In this document: piece after piece, positions 1-14,935 of the stretch
Numbering within the stretch: position 1 is the stretch's first letter
Layout of the letters: each line of letters starts with the position of its first letter
From: the human T2T-CHM13v2.0 reference genome, Homo sapiens
Length of the DNA stretch: 64,000 nt
Reading direction: 5' to 3' (one strand)
NCBI RefSeq assembly: GCF_009914755.1
Contig: NC_060936.1
Position numbers and translations under genes: made by a program
The notes under the pieces: model-generated
What the model was told of the DNA's origin: nothing
What the model saw: only the letters and a program-made list of their open reading frames with translations
Databases searched by the model: none

Positions 1-2289
1 GTGTCCTAAATTTTCAGTCTCTTATCTGGTATTTGAATTTAAATATCTTTACATTTTTAATCTGCAGAAACAAAGCTCCATGAGAGGGCCAGGTTGCCAG
101 TCATCAAGAGGCCAGGACTGAGGACAATTTAGTGGTGAGAACAATTAGAACAGTACCAGATTAGAAGCAGAGACTGAAGGGACAGCTCTGATGGATGGGT
201 GTGTATCATGACTATGAGTCATCAGGATAAGAGCAAAGCCAGAGCAGTGGGAGCTGGGACAGAGTTAAGCACAAGGATTAGACTCTAAGTATGAGTGTCC
301 AGAGGAACAGGAGCATAATACATCTTCCATGCAAGTTGCAACTGAGTAAGCAGAGAAGAGCTTCACATGGGACAAATGGACTTGTCCACATGATAGCACA
401 ATTTGGAATGACAAAGGATCCCAGGGTGGTGCCATCTGCCTGCAGCCCTGGCTCTAAATGGCCTGGAGAGTGTGAGTAGATAAGGGCTGGCAGGTGTGTG
501 CTGTTCACTGACAAAGGCCAAGGCTGGCTCTGCAGGTGCGAGGGACTGCAGGCGAGAGTGAGGTCCTCTGGGGAGCCCTTGCAGTTCTATGGCCATCATT
601 GAAATTGATGTAGCACCTACTCTTCCTTTGGTTTTCATCCTCCTGAAAGCCACGAATTAAGTATTCATCTTTATTACACAGAATTCTCTTCTGGAGCCTG
701 CTGATAGGAGGAATCGCTAAACTCTAGAAAAAGTCCTAAAGTCTGTTATTAGGACTTGGGAAGGATCTGAAAGTCTTCCCAGTTTCATTAAAACTATAAC
801 CGTTCAGCCCTCAAATATCATTTTTCTTCTGAGACCGCAAAAGTGATCTACAGCTCTTAACCAAAAGCAAAATATATCAATCAGCTCCTCCTAAAGATAC
901 AACCAAAAGTCTTCAGGCATAAAGTCAAAGATTTTTTCCCCATTTTCTCAAAGATCAAGAAAGAAGGCTTAGCCCAGAGCAAAAGAGATAATTAAGTGGC
1001 GTTTGGCTTCCATCACCCAGCTTTTCTTCTACGCCCCCCATTCTCACAGTTGGGGCATCATCATCATCTTATTCTCCCACCCCTTCTCCCAATAACCAAG
1101 AATCATGTTGCTCTCTCCCTTATCAGTACTATTTAAGGCCAGAAAAAAACCCCATAATCCACAAAAAAGTTTATAAACTCACTAACACATTACTATAAGC
1201 TACTGCACATTACTAACATGTTACTCAATATATTTATTACTTAGTTATGCTGAGATATTTGCATTTGTACAGAAGATTTGAAACTTGAAGTTTATTTTTT
1301 TTTTTAAAAAGGAGAATCTCTAATGTGGAATTTCAAACAGTGAATAGATAAAGAAGCTATTTGGAGGAAATCCAAAGGCATTTCTCAGCTGCTGAACTGA
1401 AATATCTAGGGCCCATTCCACCCACGGGTAAAGCTGACCCTGAGAGAACCTTTTATAATAGAGCCATGAGTTTTAATCTTAAGATAGGTGCCTATTAATT
1501 CTGAATATTCAGTTTTAAAAGAACTAGAAAACCACACTAATGCTTAGAGAAAAGCTAATAATGCTTCCCATTTCTCCCAAGAACTATTTCTACCAGCTCA
1601 TTCCCAGGGGGATATAGAGGAGTAGGGGCATTTCTTCCACCAGTTAAATATCTTTGCAAAAGAAAATCATGTTACATTCACCTAAGGGATTTAATCCCAA
1701 GAACTTTTTCCCCTAAATTTAATATGCGAATTGCTCCCAACTTGAGAGAACTAGGATTTGTAGATACTAAAGAAGCAAATCAGAAATTAAGCTGCTTGGA
1801 TTTACCAGTTATTGATCTGGTATTATTCCCTGGGGAAACTACTCAAACATTTTCTTGCTCACTCTCACCTTCTATAGAAAATAAAAGTGCTAAAAAAATT
1901 TTCTTACAGATTTTTCTAAGTGGCTGTACATTTCCCTTAAAAATCTTTGAAAGATAAAGCTACTGTGAAAATCTAGTACAACTGTTGTCATAATCATAAT
2001 TACTGTAAAATTCCTGTTGATTCCCAGGGTGTATTATGTATAACAATTGCTTTTTATCTCATTCTGCTGCGCTCAAGCTGACACCAGCTACTTCTAATTC
2101 TCCTCTAGTGACTGTCATAATGTTTCCATTTTATAATTTAAACACATTCTAATCCAGAGTCCTATCATATGCTGTTCTACATTAAAAAAAATTAAAGAAT
2201 TGTACAAAATATATGCTCTGGGTACATGTTTTTCAATGCTTTTGCAATGTACTAATCCAGAAGGAGAGACTGAAATAGCCAGCACTATA

Positions 2290-2485
2290 GTAATTCTTAT
2301 CGAGAACTATGCACAGAATGCTTTATATATGTTAGTTTATTTAATCCTCACAATAACCCAAAGAAGGTATGATCACTAATCTCCATTTTACACATTAGCA
2401 AACTGAGTCACAGAGGCTGTAAAAGATGCACCTAAGTTCACATAGCTAATAAATGGCAGAGCCAAGATTTGAATGGAAGTAGGTC
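2290..2485 (-). mobile_element. MIR SINE
   Basis: ttatttaatcctcacaataacc...ccattttac...aaactgag...aaatggcagagccaagatttgaa is the reverse complement of the MIR core. Confidence 0.75.
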
Positions 2486-4962
2486 ATCTCCAGAGTGTAT
2501 GCGCTCAACACTACTTGAGCTAAGCTGCAGAAAATGTAACACAGCACATTGGAGATGGGATTCAAAATCATGTTTAGAAAAAGATAATCAAGATTCCCAA
2601 GTTACCCACTGGGAAGAGTGGGTAACTTTATTCTCTGATTTTTTCAATGAAGTAATTAGTCAGCAAAATCCTGTTGATTCAGTGTCAGGTAAAGAAATAG
2701 GGATAAGGACAGGAAGGGAGGGAGACACAGAGACAGAGAGAAATTCTACATGAACTTTTGCTGAGTTTTAAGAAAGCAGGAGAATCCTGATCACCCTGTT
2801 ACTCAGAGCTCAAATAAATTAGCTGGAAATCCTGTATTTATTACTCAAGAACATCTGTGCTATGTTGCTCCTCCAACCCAATAGCATGTCTGTTACAGGA
2901 GGCAACTTTCCTGTAAGGGCCATAATGAAGGACATGTCTTTCCATTTAGTTCATGGATGGGAAACAAAGTCACTTGCACACTGTCTTGGCCTGAGGAAGG
3001 CAAATGATACACTGGGAGTAAATACCTGAGTAAGCCAGTGTGAGACTTAATGGGATTCTAAGCACACTAAGGAATTACTCTGAAGTTTCAACTTACAGTT
3101 GTAGCTACCTTAAGAAAAAGACTGAATAAAAAGATGCTTGGAGTGGCAGTGGGGCAGTCCAGACCACCCTGGAAGCTGGGCCAGCACACAGTAAACCTCA
3201 AACTGACTTAAGTGTTTTGTCCACGATCTCCAACACAAGTCAAATGCTGGTGACAGGGCCGGGGCTGTCAACACTTCAACCACATGCCATGAGAGTGATC
3301 AGACCCGCAACAGTTAAAGAGACTGCATCTGCACTGGCTGGGCCTGAGAAGGCGGATTCCTTAGAAGGGGAAATTTCACCTGAAACACACAGAACAAACC
3401 TTCCCAATTTGGGGGTGCAAATTTTGATGTCTGAAGCACATCATCAAAGTAGCGAGATGAGACTGGCTTTACTAAGCACCTTAAAGAGAAGAGCATCTCA
3501 CAGAGAATACAGCTGCCATTTTATTTTCTGATAAAACTGTAAAGAAAACAACCTGAGCCCTCTTCAGTTGACCCCCACTTCCCGACTGAGTTCAGCCTCA
3601 AAGTCAAAGCCAATAATTCCTCACCTCCTGCCCCTATGAAGCGGGCAGAAGCCTGTGTCATCTGAAGCAAAGGGCAGTAGCTGCTAGAGGCAGGAGGAGC
3701 CCTCCCCTCTGCCTGCCATGTGACCTCAGGAAGATCCAAAGATCTCCATGATCAAATCTCAAGTGAAAAAAAAGGATTCTGATAGTACCTAATTCACGGC
3801 GATTCCCTTCCATACAAGATTCCTGACATTGCTTCAGTTCCCTAGCTGGGCTTTTTGCTCTACTAGTAACACTGACATGACTGAATTTCATGTTAATTTT
3901 AATAATTTTGAGTCCTGGATTTTAAATCTTACAGTATATTTACATAGAACATAATAATAACCTCTGATATAATCAAAACAAAACTTTCTGACCTATGTTC
4001 AACATTTTAAGCTGTTACTGAAATCTTTTCTAATTTAAAATTAAATTTAAAATATCTGTATTTTTAATTCAAACCTATTTTCAAGCACAAAGTATAAAAA
4101 CAATCCCTAAACTTAAAAGAATCTATCTAAAACATTTCAAAACACAAGCCAATTACACAAAATAAATTTACATGTAAGTATGGAACATAATTAAAGTTTA
4201 CTTAGAATCACAGTAGTGGGATCCTTCACTCTAGAAAATAGTGCTTCAATGGAAATTTAAATTCCCTCCTCCTACTTTAAAAGAGGAAAACGGAAAAAAG
4301 CACTATTATCCTACGTAGCCATTTTTAGAACTTGAATTATATATTACTGTACTCTTTATGGCATGTAAAATGAGAAGTCGAAAGGATTTCTAGGCTACTA
4401 AATTTGCATTTACCTAATCAAACTGACATTGTGTTGGACTTTTTGATCTGTTGAGTGTAAGTTTTTATCTGTTCAATACACAATTACCATTTACTATAGA
4501 AGTGTTTTAATGAAAGCAGCGTCTTAACAGTTTTAAACATATCAGTAAAACCAAAGATGTTTTAGAAGCTCAATAAAATCACAAATTCTGGTAGTTTTAA
4601 TTATATTAAATTGTCATGGTTGCTTGGATATAAGTTCCAATTTTCCTATTTAAACAGAATTTTGCAAACATATAGTAAATAATGACAATTGAGTTTAATG
4701 TTCACTTTACTAACTTAAAAAACACATTCTTATTATAGAAAATTTGAGACACAGCAAAAAATAATGTTTTTTTAAAATTTATCCACAATCCAATTGCAAG
4801 ATAACTTAATATTTTCATGTATTTCCTTTCAATCTTTTTTCTGTTTTATTTCACACTGTTGAGGTCAATATGTATACAATTTAACATTCCCCTTTTTATA
4901 CCCAAAATTTAAAGTCAGCATTTCCCATGTTATGCAAATCTTTTAAAAAATCATTTGGGGAA

Positions 4963-5052
4963 GAGATTTTGTCTGTTTTGTTCACTGTTGTCTCCTCAGC
5001 ATCCAAATAATGCCTGCACAGTTTAGGCACTGAATTAATATTTATTGAATAA
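4963..5052 (+). mobile_element. L2 3' end
   Basis: gattttgtctgttttgttcactg...tgcctgcacag...atatttattgaat matches the L2 3' terminus. Confidence 0.75.
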
Positions 5053-5099
5053 CTAATAAATTCTGTAATTGATTACTGATTGCCATTACCCCATTACCG

Positions 5100-5420
5100 A
5101 AGCACTGCACATTTAGGTTGCTTTCAATTTTTCACAATTATGGGCAATGCCATATTCTATCTTTGTGGAAAAGCTTTTTCAGTATTTAGGATTATTTACT
5201 TGGGATCAAGTTCCAGAAGTTGAATTACTGAGTCACGGTTTGTATAAACAATTTTTAGACATCCTATACCTATCATCAAATTGCTTTCTCCAAAGCACTA
5301 CCTGTTTCAGCACACCTTGTGAAAGCACTGGACAGCCTCTTTTTTATAAAGCTTTTCTAATCACATAAGTAAAAAACAGTTATTTCATATGGTTCTATTT
5401 GTAAGTCTTTAATTGCTAAT
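5100..5420 (-). mobile_element. Old L1M fragment
   Basis: catttaggttgctttcaatttt...agaagttgaattactgagtca resembles antisense L1M ORF2/3' sequence. Confidence 0.5.
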
Positions 5421-5891
5421 ATTATTTCCCCAAATATGTATTAGACATTTACATTTGTGGTTCTTAGTCACCTGGCCATATCATTTATCAATTTATTTAT
5501 TCACTCTGTATTCCTTGGGCCCACAGAACACACTGTTCTATTCCCTGCATGAGCTTCCTCTAGTCTTATTTTGGGAAAAAAAAAAAAAGGTATTCCTGTT
5601 AACTCTTTCATATAGATTTCATAATACTTGAAATTTGTTTACATACACTCAGATCACACACACACACACAAACGTGACAAGATTTTTAAAATATTGTTGC
5701 TTATAACAACATATACATTGTAGAAACATTAGGAAGTACAGATTAGGAAGAAAGAAAAGTTAGCCAAACTCTCAAAAGTTACAGATATGCACTGTTCACA
5801 CTTTAGTACACGTTTGCAAATTTTGCTCTATGCATATACCTTTTTAAAAATTTTATATATGTAAACGTATACATATACGCACACACATACA

Positions 5892-6547
5892 TTTTTTTTT
5901 TTAAAGATGAAGTACTGCTCTGTCATGAAGGCTAGAGTGCAGTTGCTCAATCATGGCTCACTGCATCCTCAGCCTCCCAGACTTAAGCAATCCTTCCACC
6001 TCAGCTCCCAAATAGCTGGGACTAAAGGCACTGATATGGTTTAGCTGTGTCCCACTCAAATTTCATCCTGAGTTGTAACTCCCATAATTCCCATGTGTCA
6101 TGGGAGAAACCCGAAGGCAGGTAATTGAATCATGGGGGTGGGTCTTTCCTGTGCTGTTCTCATGATAGTGAATAAGTCTCACGAATACCTAACAGTTTTT
6201 AAAATGAAAGTTTCCCCACACAAGTTCTCTCTTTGCCTGCCACCATCCATGTAAAACGTGACTTGCACCTCCTTGCCTTCCACCATGATCGTGAGGCCTC
6301 CCCAGCCACGTGGAACTGTAACTCCATTAAACCCTTTTTTCTTCTTAGTCTTAGGTATGTCTTTATCAGCAGCATGAAATGGACTGATACAGACATGTAC
6401 TCCCACACCTGGCTAATTTTTTTTATTTTTTGTAGAGACAGGGTCTCACTATGCTGCCCAGGCTGGTCTCAACACCTGGCCTCAAGCAATCCTCCCACCT
6501 CAGCCTTACACAGTGCTAGGATTACAGACACAAGCCATTGCACTCAG
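5892..6547 (-). mobile_element. AluJ-type element split by a THE1 LTR (arms 5892-6031 and 6392-6547)
   Basis: Poly-T and Alu sequence up to gggactaaaggcac, resuming cacacctggctaattttt...ggattacag after the LTR. Confidence 0.85.
6032..6391 (+). mobile_element. THE1 (MaLR) solo LTR
   Basis: TGATATGGTTT...ACTGATACA ends, 360 bp, diverged 5-bp TSD ggcac/gacat. Confidence 0.9.
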
Positions 6548-6768
6548 AACCATGCACCGTTCTTAGAACATACATGGGATCATATATGCATACTGTTTTG
6601 TAATTGTTTTTACTTAATTCTGTTTCATAAACAATTTCCCATGTCATCAAATATCCTTCATGACATTTTTCATGCTAAGAGAATACCATAGGAGGTAAAA
6701 CCATAGACTTTGAGGACAGGTCTAAGCCCAAATTTTGCCTCCAACATCTTAGCTATAAGACTTAGCTT

Positions 6769-7169
6769 ATTTTGGCACATATACACCATGGAATACTATG
6801 CAGCCATAAAAAAGAATGAGTTCATGTCCTTTGCAGGGCCATGGATGAAGCTGGAAGCCATCATTCTCTGCAAACTAACACAGGAACAGAAAACCAAACA
6901 CCGCGTGTTCCCACTCACAAGTGGGAGTTGAACAATGAGAATACATGGACGCAGGGAGGGGAACTTCACACACCAGGGCCTGTCAGGGGTTGAAGGGGAT
7001 GGGGAAGGAGAGCATTAGGACAAATGCCTTATGCAAATGGGGCTTAAAACCTAGATGATGGGTTGATAGGTGCAGCAAACCACCATGGCACATGTTTACC
7101 TATGTTACAAACCTGCATGTTCTCCACATGTATCCCAGAACTTAAAGTACAATTAAAAAAAAAAAAAAA
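6769..7169 (+). mobile_element. 5'-truncated L1PA 3' end inserted in a MIR
   Basis: ORF2 C-terminus (WHIYTMEYYAAIKK...), 3'UTR and poly-A. TSD AAGACTTAGCTT at 6757-6768 and 7170-7181. Confidence 0.92.
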
Positions 7170-9902
7170 AAGACTTAGCTTCTTTAAGCCCTTTGCTCAT
7201 TGATAAAATGAGGATAAAAATACCTATTTGAGATGAATTGTCACTTAAACTAAGTGAAATAACATAATTTATAAAACAATTAACAGTATGGTGATAATGG
7301 ATGCTTAGTATTTGTCAAATTAATAAATAATTGGTAAAAAAAAGTTGTTTTGTTTTAATTGGCATTTCTTTGCATTTTTTGCGTATTTGAATTTCTTTTT
7401 TTTTTTTTTTGGTGACTTGTCCTATGTCAAATGTTTACATCTTTTCCTGGGGTGATTTTTTCATTGCTTTGAATTCATATATGTATTCATTCATTCAGCA
7501 ATGATTTACTAAAAGCTACTATGTGCTTATTTTATTATGATATTAAACTTTTGTCTTTTATGTTACAAATGTTCTTCCAAGTTTACTATTTGCCTTTTAA
7601 TTTTGTTTATGGTAGGTTTTGATGTATAGAAATATTAAATCTTCACGCAACTTATCCTATTTTCTATTTTTTTATAACATGCTCAGAAATTCCTTCTTTG
7701 CCCTAAGGGGATTCTTCATTATTTGGAGTGGAAAGAAAATAAAGCTGTCTTAGGCCTGAAATGAAGAAAAACAAAATAATTAGATTGATATAGGACCAGC
7801 TTTATAAAAGGTTCATTTTACACTGTAATTCATTGTTTAAGGGCAGGCCTACCATATTCACATTTGTGTTTCCAGCAACTAGAACAGCATATGACATGTA
7901 GTAGGGCCTCAATAAATGCCGAATTTGCTCAATTGGAAAAAAAAGAGCAGAGTTTAGAGGAAAGATTTTAATTAGAATAACACTACAGAACGGCAGAGAA
8001 AACATCAAGAAAGTTCAAAATCAAACATTCTAAAGCACTGATGTTCTTCTGTTGTTGAGGGAATTATACCTGCTCTTAAGATTTTTTTCAAGTCCCAAAT
8101 GTCACTACTACTCTATGGCAGCATTTCTCCATGCATGTTCTGAACTACATTACCCTACAAGATGCTCCAGTAGCAAAGGTGTCCTATAACCAAATAAATG
8201 TTGCAACCTCTGCCCACTGCTTTACCTCTTTTCCTCAACTCACCCACAATCAAGAGGCACAATGAACTTTCATATAAACAAACACTGAGGAATTCTGCAG
8301 GTACCAGTTTTCACAGAACCTAAGGTCAGAGTTTGTCTGGCATGTCCAGAAAGGTAAGAGGAAACTACGGGAATGTCAGGACCTAGTAAAAAGCTAAAAT
8401 CAGTATCCTGAGACTTAGGCAGATACTGAACAAAGCATGCACTTGGGACATAGTAAAAGAACAACGGAGGAGAGACAGACCAGCAGAAGACATTCAAAGA
8501 TGTTGGCAAGACTTAGGGTATATGGTGTTGTGGGCAAGAAGTAAATGTCAGCATCCTGAAAAATCAGGTACCAGACACCAGGAACATAGGCAGAGCCTGA
8601 ACATGAAACGGAGGGACTTGGCAGCAACATCAATCCCAACCACCAAGATCGGGGCTGGACTACAACCTGTGGGATGCCCATGGATGCTAGTCACTTGCTT
8701 CCTAGATAGGCTACTTGTTCAACATTCATCTACTAGAGGTAGGGTCAATGCACTTTGCAGAGAGATTTTTTTTAATGTCCACTATGATAGAAGAAGTTTT
8801 ACATGAAGACTTGAATTAACTAGCACCATGTTCCTAATTTTTTTCAGTAATGTGTAGCACCCATGTAGATTGATACTCTGGCAAAAGATTCCGTAATCCT
8901 ACTGTGACTGAGACTGAGTATCAAATGGAAGAAGCCATCAGCGAAGACCTCAATAACAAAGGAAGTTCCCCAGGAAGGGGTTCCCTGTATATTTTGTGTT
9001 GAAAGATTCAGCTGAACTGGGCTAGACAATAATACAGTGGGGTCAAAGAGGTAAAGCTAGTCATGAGTGGAATGGAAGCCAGGGAGCTCCTAATGGCTGT
9101 AAATAATGCAAGTTTCCAGTAGCAGAGGAGATCTGAGCTGGCAAAACGCATCCCGTCAGATCCCAGGTTAGGTTTGCCACAACCTCAGATCAGAAAGAAG
9201 CTTTGCTGTTTTTTGTTTGTTGTTTTTATTCATTAGCCATTAGTTGAACTGTTGAAACAAAATCCAAGTCATCACATCTTTGCAGGTTCTCTATACTGAA
9301 AGAAAATAGTTTAGTATCTTTATTGTCTTGGTTTAACATATATTGAAAGCCTCACATTGCACAAAGCTATTCATCAAATGAAGTCACTGACAGGAAGAGA
9401 ACTGGAAAATTGTGACTTAAAGAGCCTGAGGTCAGGCTGAACCACATATCAGTAACAAAGCAAATGGAGGCATATTCTTTAAAATCAATCCTTTATCCAG
9501 GTATGTATTATTCTATGACACGTTTGGAGGCCTTAAGTCTGACACAGATTAGCCTAGATAAATTTCTGGGTTATATTCATAATCATTTTTTCAAATATTT
9601 TTAACAAGAAGTTATTGTGTTACCAAATATTTATTTTAGCATGAGAAACTGGCAAATGTCCCCCTCCCTCAACCATCTTCATGAGACACAGGGATCTCCA
9701 AACATCCTGGAACTCACCTTCTAAAATGACCCTCAGGTAACTGCATCATGTGTAATAACAAGAAAACCTGGACATTGTTTTGTATAGGATCTTGTAATTA
9801 CTACATTATTGTCTAAATTTTACTATTCTATATATAGCTATCATTACTGGTGGCCCACTCTTGACAGGTATTTTTACAGGTAGTCTTAAAATCTTTACAA
9901 CA

Positions 9903-10234
9903 GGCCGGGCGCAGTGACTCATGCCTGTAATCCCAGCATTTTGGGAGGCCGAGGCAGGTGGATCACAAGGTCAGGAGATGGAGACCATCCTGGCTAATAC
10001 AGTGAAACCCCGTTTCTACTAAAAATACAAAAAAATTAGCCGGGTGTGGTGGCGGGTGCCTGTAGTCCCAGCTACTCAGGATGCTGAGGCAGGAGAATGG
10101 CGTAAACCCGTGAGGCAGAGCTTGCAGTGAGCCAAGATCACGCCACTGCACTCCAGCGTGGGTAACAGAGCAGACTCTCTCTCAAAAATGAAGGGAGGGA
10201 GGGAGGGAGGGACGGAGGGAGGGAGGGAGGAAGG
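9903..10234 (+). mobile_element. AluY-like element with a (GGGA)n tail, inserted in a MIR
   Basis: AluY-type motifs accatcctggctaa and gaatggcgt...agcttgcagtgagc. TSD AAATCTTTACAACA at 9889-9902 and 10235-10248. Confidence 0.92.
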
Positions 10235-10982
10235 AAATCTTTACAACAACCCTGAAGAGTAGGTATTACTATGGTTATTTTACAAAGGAAGAACTTGAGA
10301 AGTCAAATAGTATGTTCAAATCTATAGGACCACTTAGTGTAGGAGTTAGACTTAGAATCCAATTCAGATTCTTAAAGCCCAAATCTCTATCCTAAAATCA
10401 AGCTTCCTAGATTGTTTTCCCATAACAGAAGGAAAAAATTATATCAGTGAATATTCATTCTTCATCCACTGCATATATCCCAGATCTAACTGACTAGTTC
10501 CATGATGAGGAATCCATGAGGGGCCTTTGATTCATTCAGGAGTCTCCCTTAGGTTAAATAGTCTGCAGGAGGAAGGGGTAGATCACTCAGTCAACAAGTA
10601 TTTAATGAATGCCTGAGGAATGCTGTGCCAGGCATTTAAAAAAATGTAGTAAAGTCATAAAATTGTTATTCTGATATTCCAAAGCTGGGGGATAAGGAGA
10701 GAAACCAAGCAGATACCTTGGGAATATAGAAGTATAGAATATCTCTTTCCTGCCCTATTGTTTAAAATGTAAACTCATTTTATCCCATTTACTCATTCAC
10801 TTAACAAATATTAAACATCTACACCATGTCTTGACCCATGGCAGGCAATGTGGACACAAATAAGATTATGACACGATTGCTAACACAAAAATCATATGTC
10901 AGAATAAATATCGAGACAAAGATTTTCACTACAAAACATTCCTCTACTGTTTTTCTGCTTTAAAACATCATGTGTATCCTTG

Positions 10983-11309
<327 letters not shown>

Positions 11310-11689
11310 TTAAAAATCATGTGGATCCTCAACAGAGGTATATTTTAGCAGAAATAATTTGAAAATTTAGACATTAAAAGGCAGTTTTCAAGGACCACTC
11401 TATAGATTTCCAGTGGTGAAAGAGAAATTCACTGCTTACCGGCCATCTACCTATTTGTGGCAGGAGAGGAGGTAAAGTTTATTTAGGTCCCCAATTCTTC
11501 TTCATCCACAATGGGAAGACCAGGCAAGATATGGAATATAAATTGTTCCTGATTCTTCTTCCCCTGAAATCAAGATGCTTAAAGCTCAAATGTAAACCCT
11601 AAAAGCAATGGAAATCTTAAAAGTGAATGCAATTATATCATCATCTGCAAATCATTTCTCTTATGCTCTTAGTAACACAACCTGAGAGA

Positions 11690-12900
<1,211 letters not shown>

Positions 12901-12938
12901 GACAGGGTTGTAGTTATTGGTAATGGTAAAGTCTAGGG

Positions 12939-13256
12939 CAGCAGCTCTCCGACATTTTGGTCTCAGGACTGCTTTACATTGTTAAAAGTTACTGAGGACT
13001 CCCAAAAGTTTTTGGTCATGCCTCTCAATATTTACCATATTAGAAATTAAAACAGAAAAGTTTAAAATGCAAGAATATACAAGTACAAATTCCTTTAGTG
13101 GCCTCTGAAAAACTAGTATGCACTCATAACAGAATAAAAGTCCAAAAGGCAAATAATGTTTTTATATGATTATGAGAATAGTTTTGGTCTCACAGACCTT
13201 CTGAAAGTATTTAGAGACCCCCCAGAAGCCACTGGGCCACACTTTGAGGACAGCTG
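12939..13256. mobile_element. hAT-Charlie non-autonomous DNA transposon
   Basis: CAG...CTG termini with imperfect inverted repeats. 8-bp TSD GTCTAGGG/GTCTGGGG (12931-12938, 13257-13264) fits the Charlie target preference. Confidence 0.75.
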
Positions 13257-13548
13257 GTCTGGGGTGTGTCTACAGAAGTGAGGATCCCAGGTATAGCCAG
13301 ATATAACAAGTGAATGACAGGACAACATGGAACTGAGAAACCAAGAAATTGGAAGGACAATTCGTATGAATATTGAAATCACCAGAATGATCTGTCTAAG
13401 GGGGAGCTAAGTTTCAGTTACAGCAAGAAGGTGAGGGGGAAGTTAATGGAAGGGGCTGAGGATATAAGGGATTTTGCTGATAACAGACAATGAGTTCTTG
13501 ATAGTATAGTAGAAGGGGGGATAAGGGATCCAAAAAGGAGCCATACCA

Positions 13549-14115
13549 TGTCTATTCCAGTTACTCTTGCTGTGTAACAAATTATCCCAAAACATAGCTT
13601 CCTTTTAAGAACCATTTCATTTTGCATATAAATTCCATGGTCATGAATTCAGACAGGACACAGTGAACATATCTAGCATCTATTGCATGATGTCTGGAGC
13701 CTTAGCTATGAAGACTCAAAGCTTGGGGTGGCTCAAAAACTGGGGCTTAAAATCATCTGAAGGCTCATTTAACCACTTGTCTGGTGCCTGGGCTAGGAAA
13801 ACTGGAAGACCAGGACTGTCAACCAGAGCACCTACACATGTCCTCTCCATGTGAACTGGCTTCCTCACAGCATTGTGGCTTCAGTGTAGTTGAAAGTATG
13901 GTAGCTCAGGATTCCAGGAACAAGTGTTCCAGCTAGCAAGGGGGGAAGCTGCTTTGACTTTTGCATACCAGCCTCAGAAGTCATACAGTGTCACCTCCAG
14001 CATTTTCTACCTGTTAATCAGCCACAAGCCTGCCCAGTTCAAATGGAGGAGACATAGACACTCAAGGGGAAAACTCTCCCCCAAAATTTTGAAAGCCATA
14101 TTTTAAAACCAGCCC
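13549..14115 (-). mobile_element. MLT1 (MaLR) LTR
   Basis: ttgctgtgtaacaaattatcccaaaac...atcatctgaaggctcatt...ttttaaaacca is typical of antisense MLT1F-H. Confidence 0.75.
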
Positions 14116-14191
14116 ATCATCATCTGTTCAAAAGGATCAATTTCTAAACACTGAGAGATGAAACTTGTAAGAGCATTACATATGCCACTGA

Positions 14192-14935
<744 letters not shown>

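Noticed and set aside
1180-1245. Clustered ACTAAC/TTACT motifs (QKI-like)
   Set aside because: They are on the strand opposite the GRIP1 transcript, in AT-rich low-complexity sequence.
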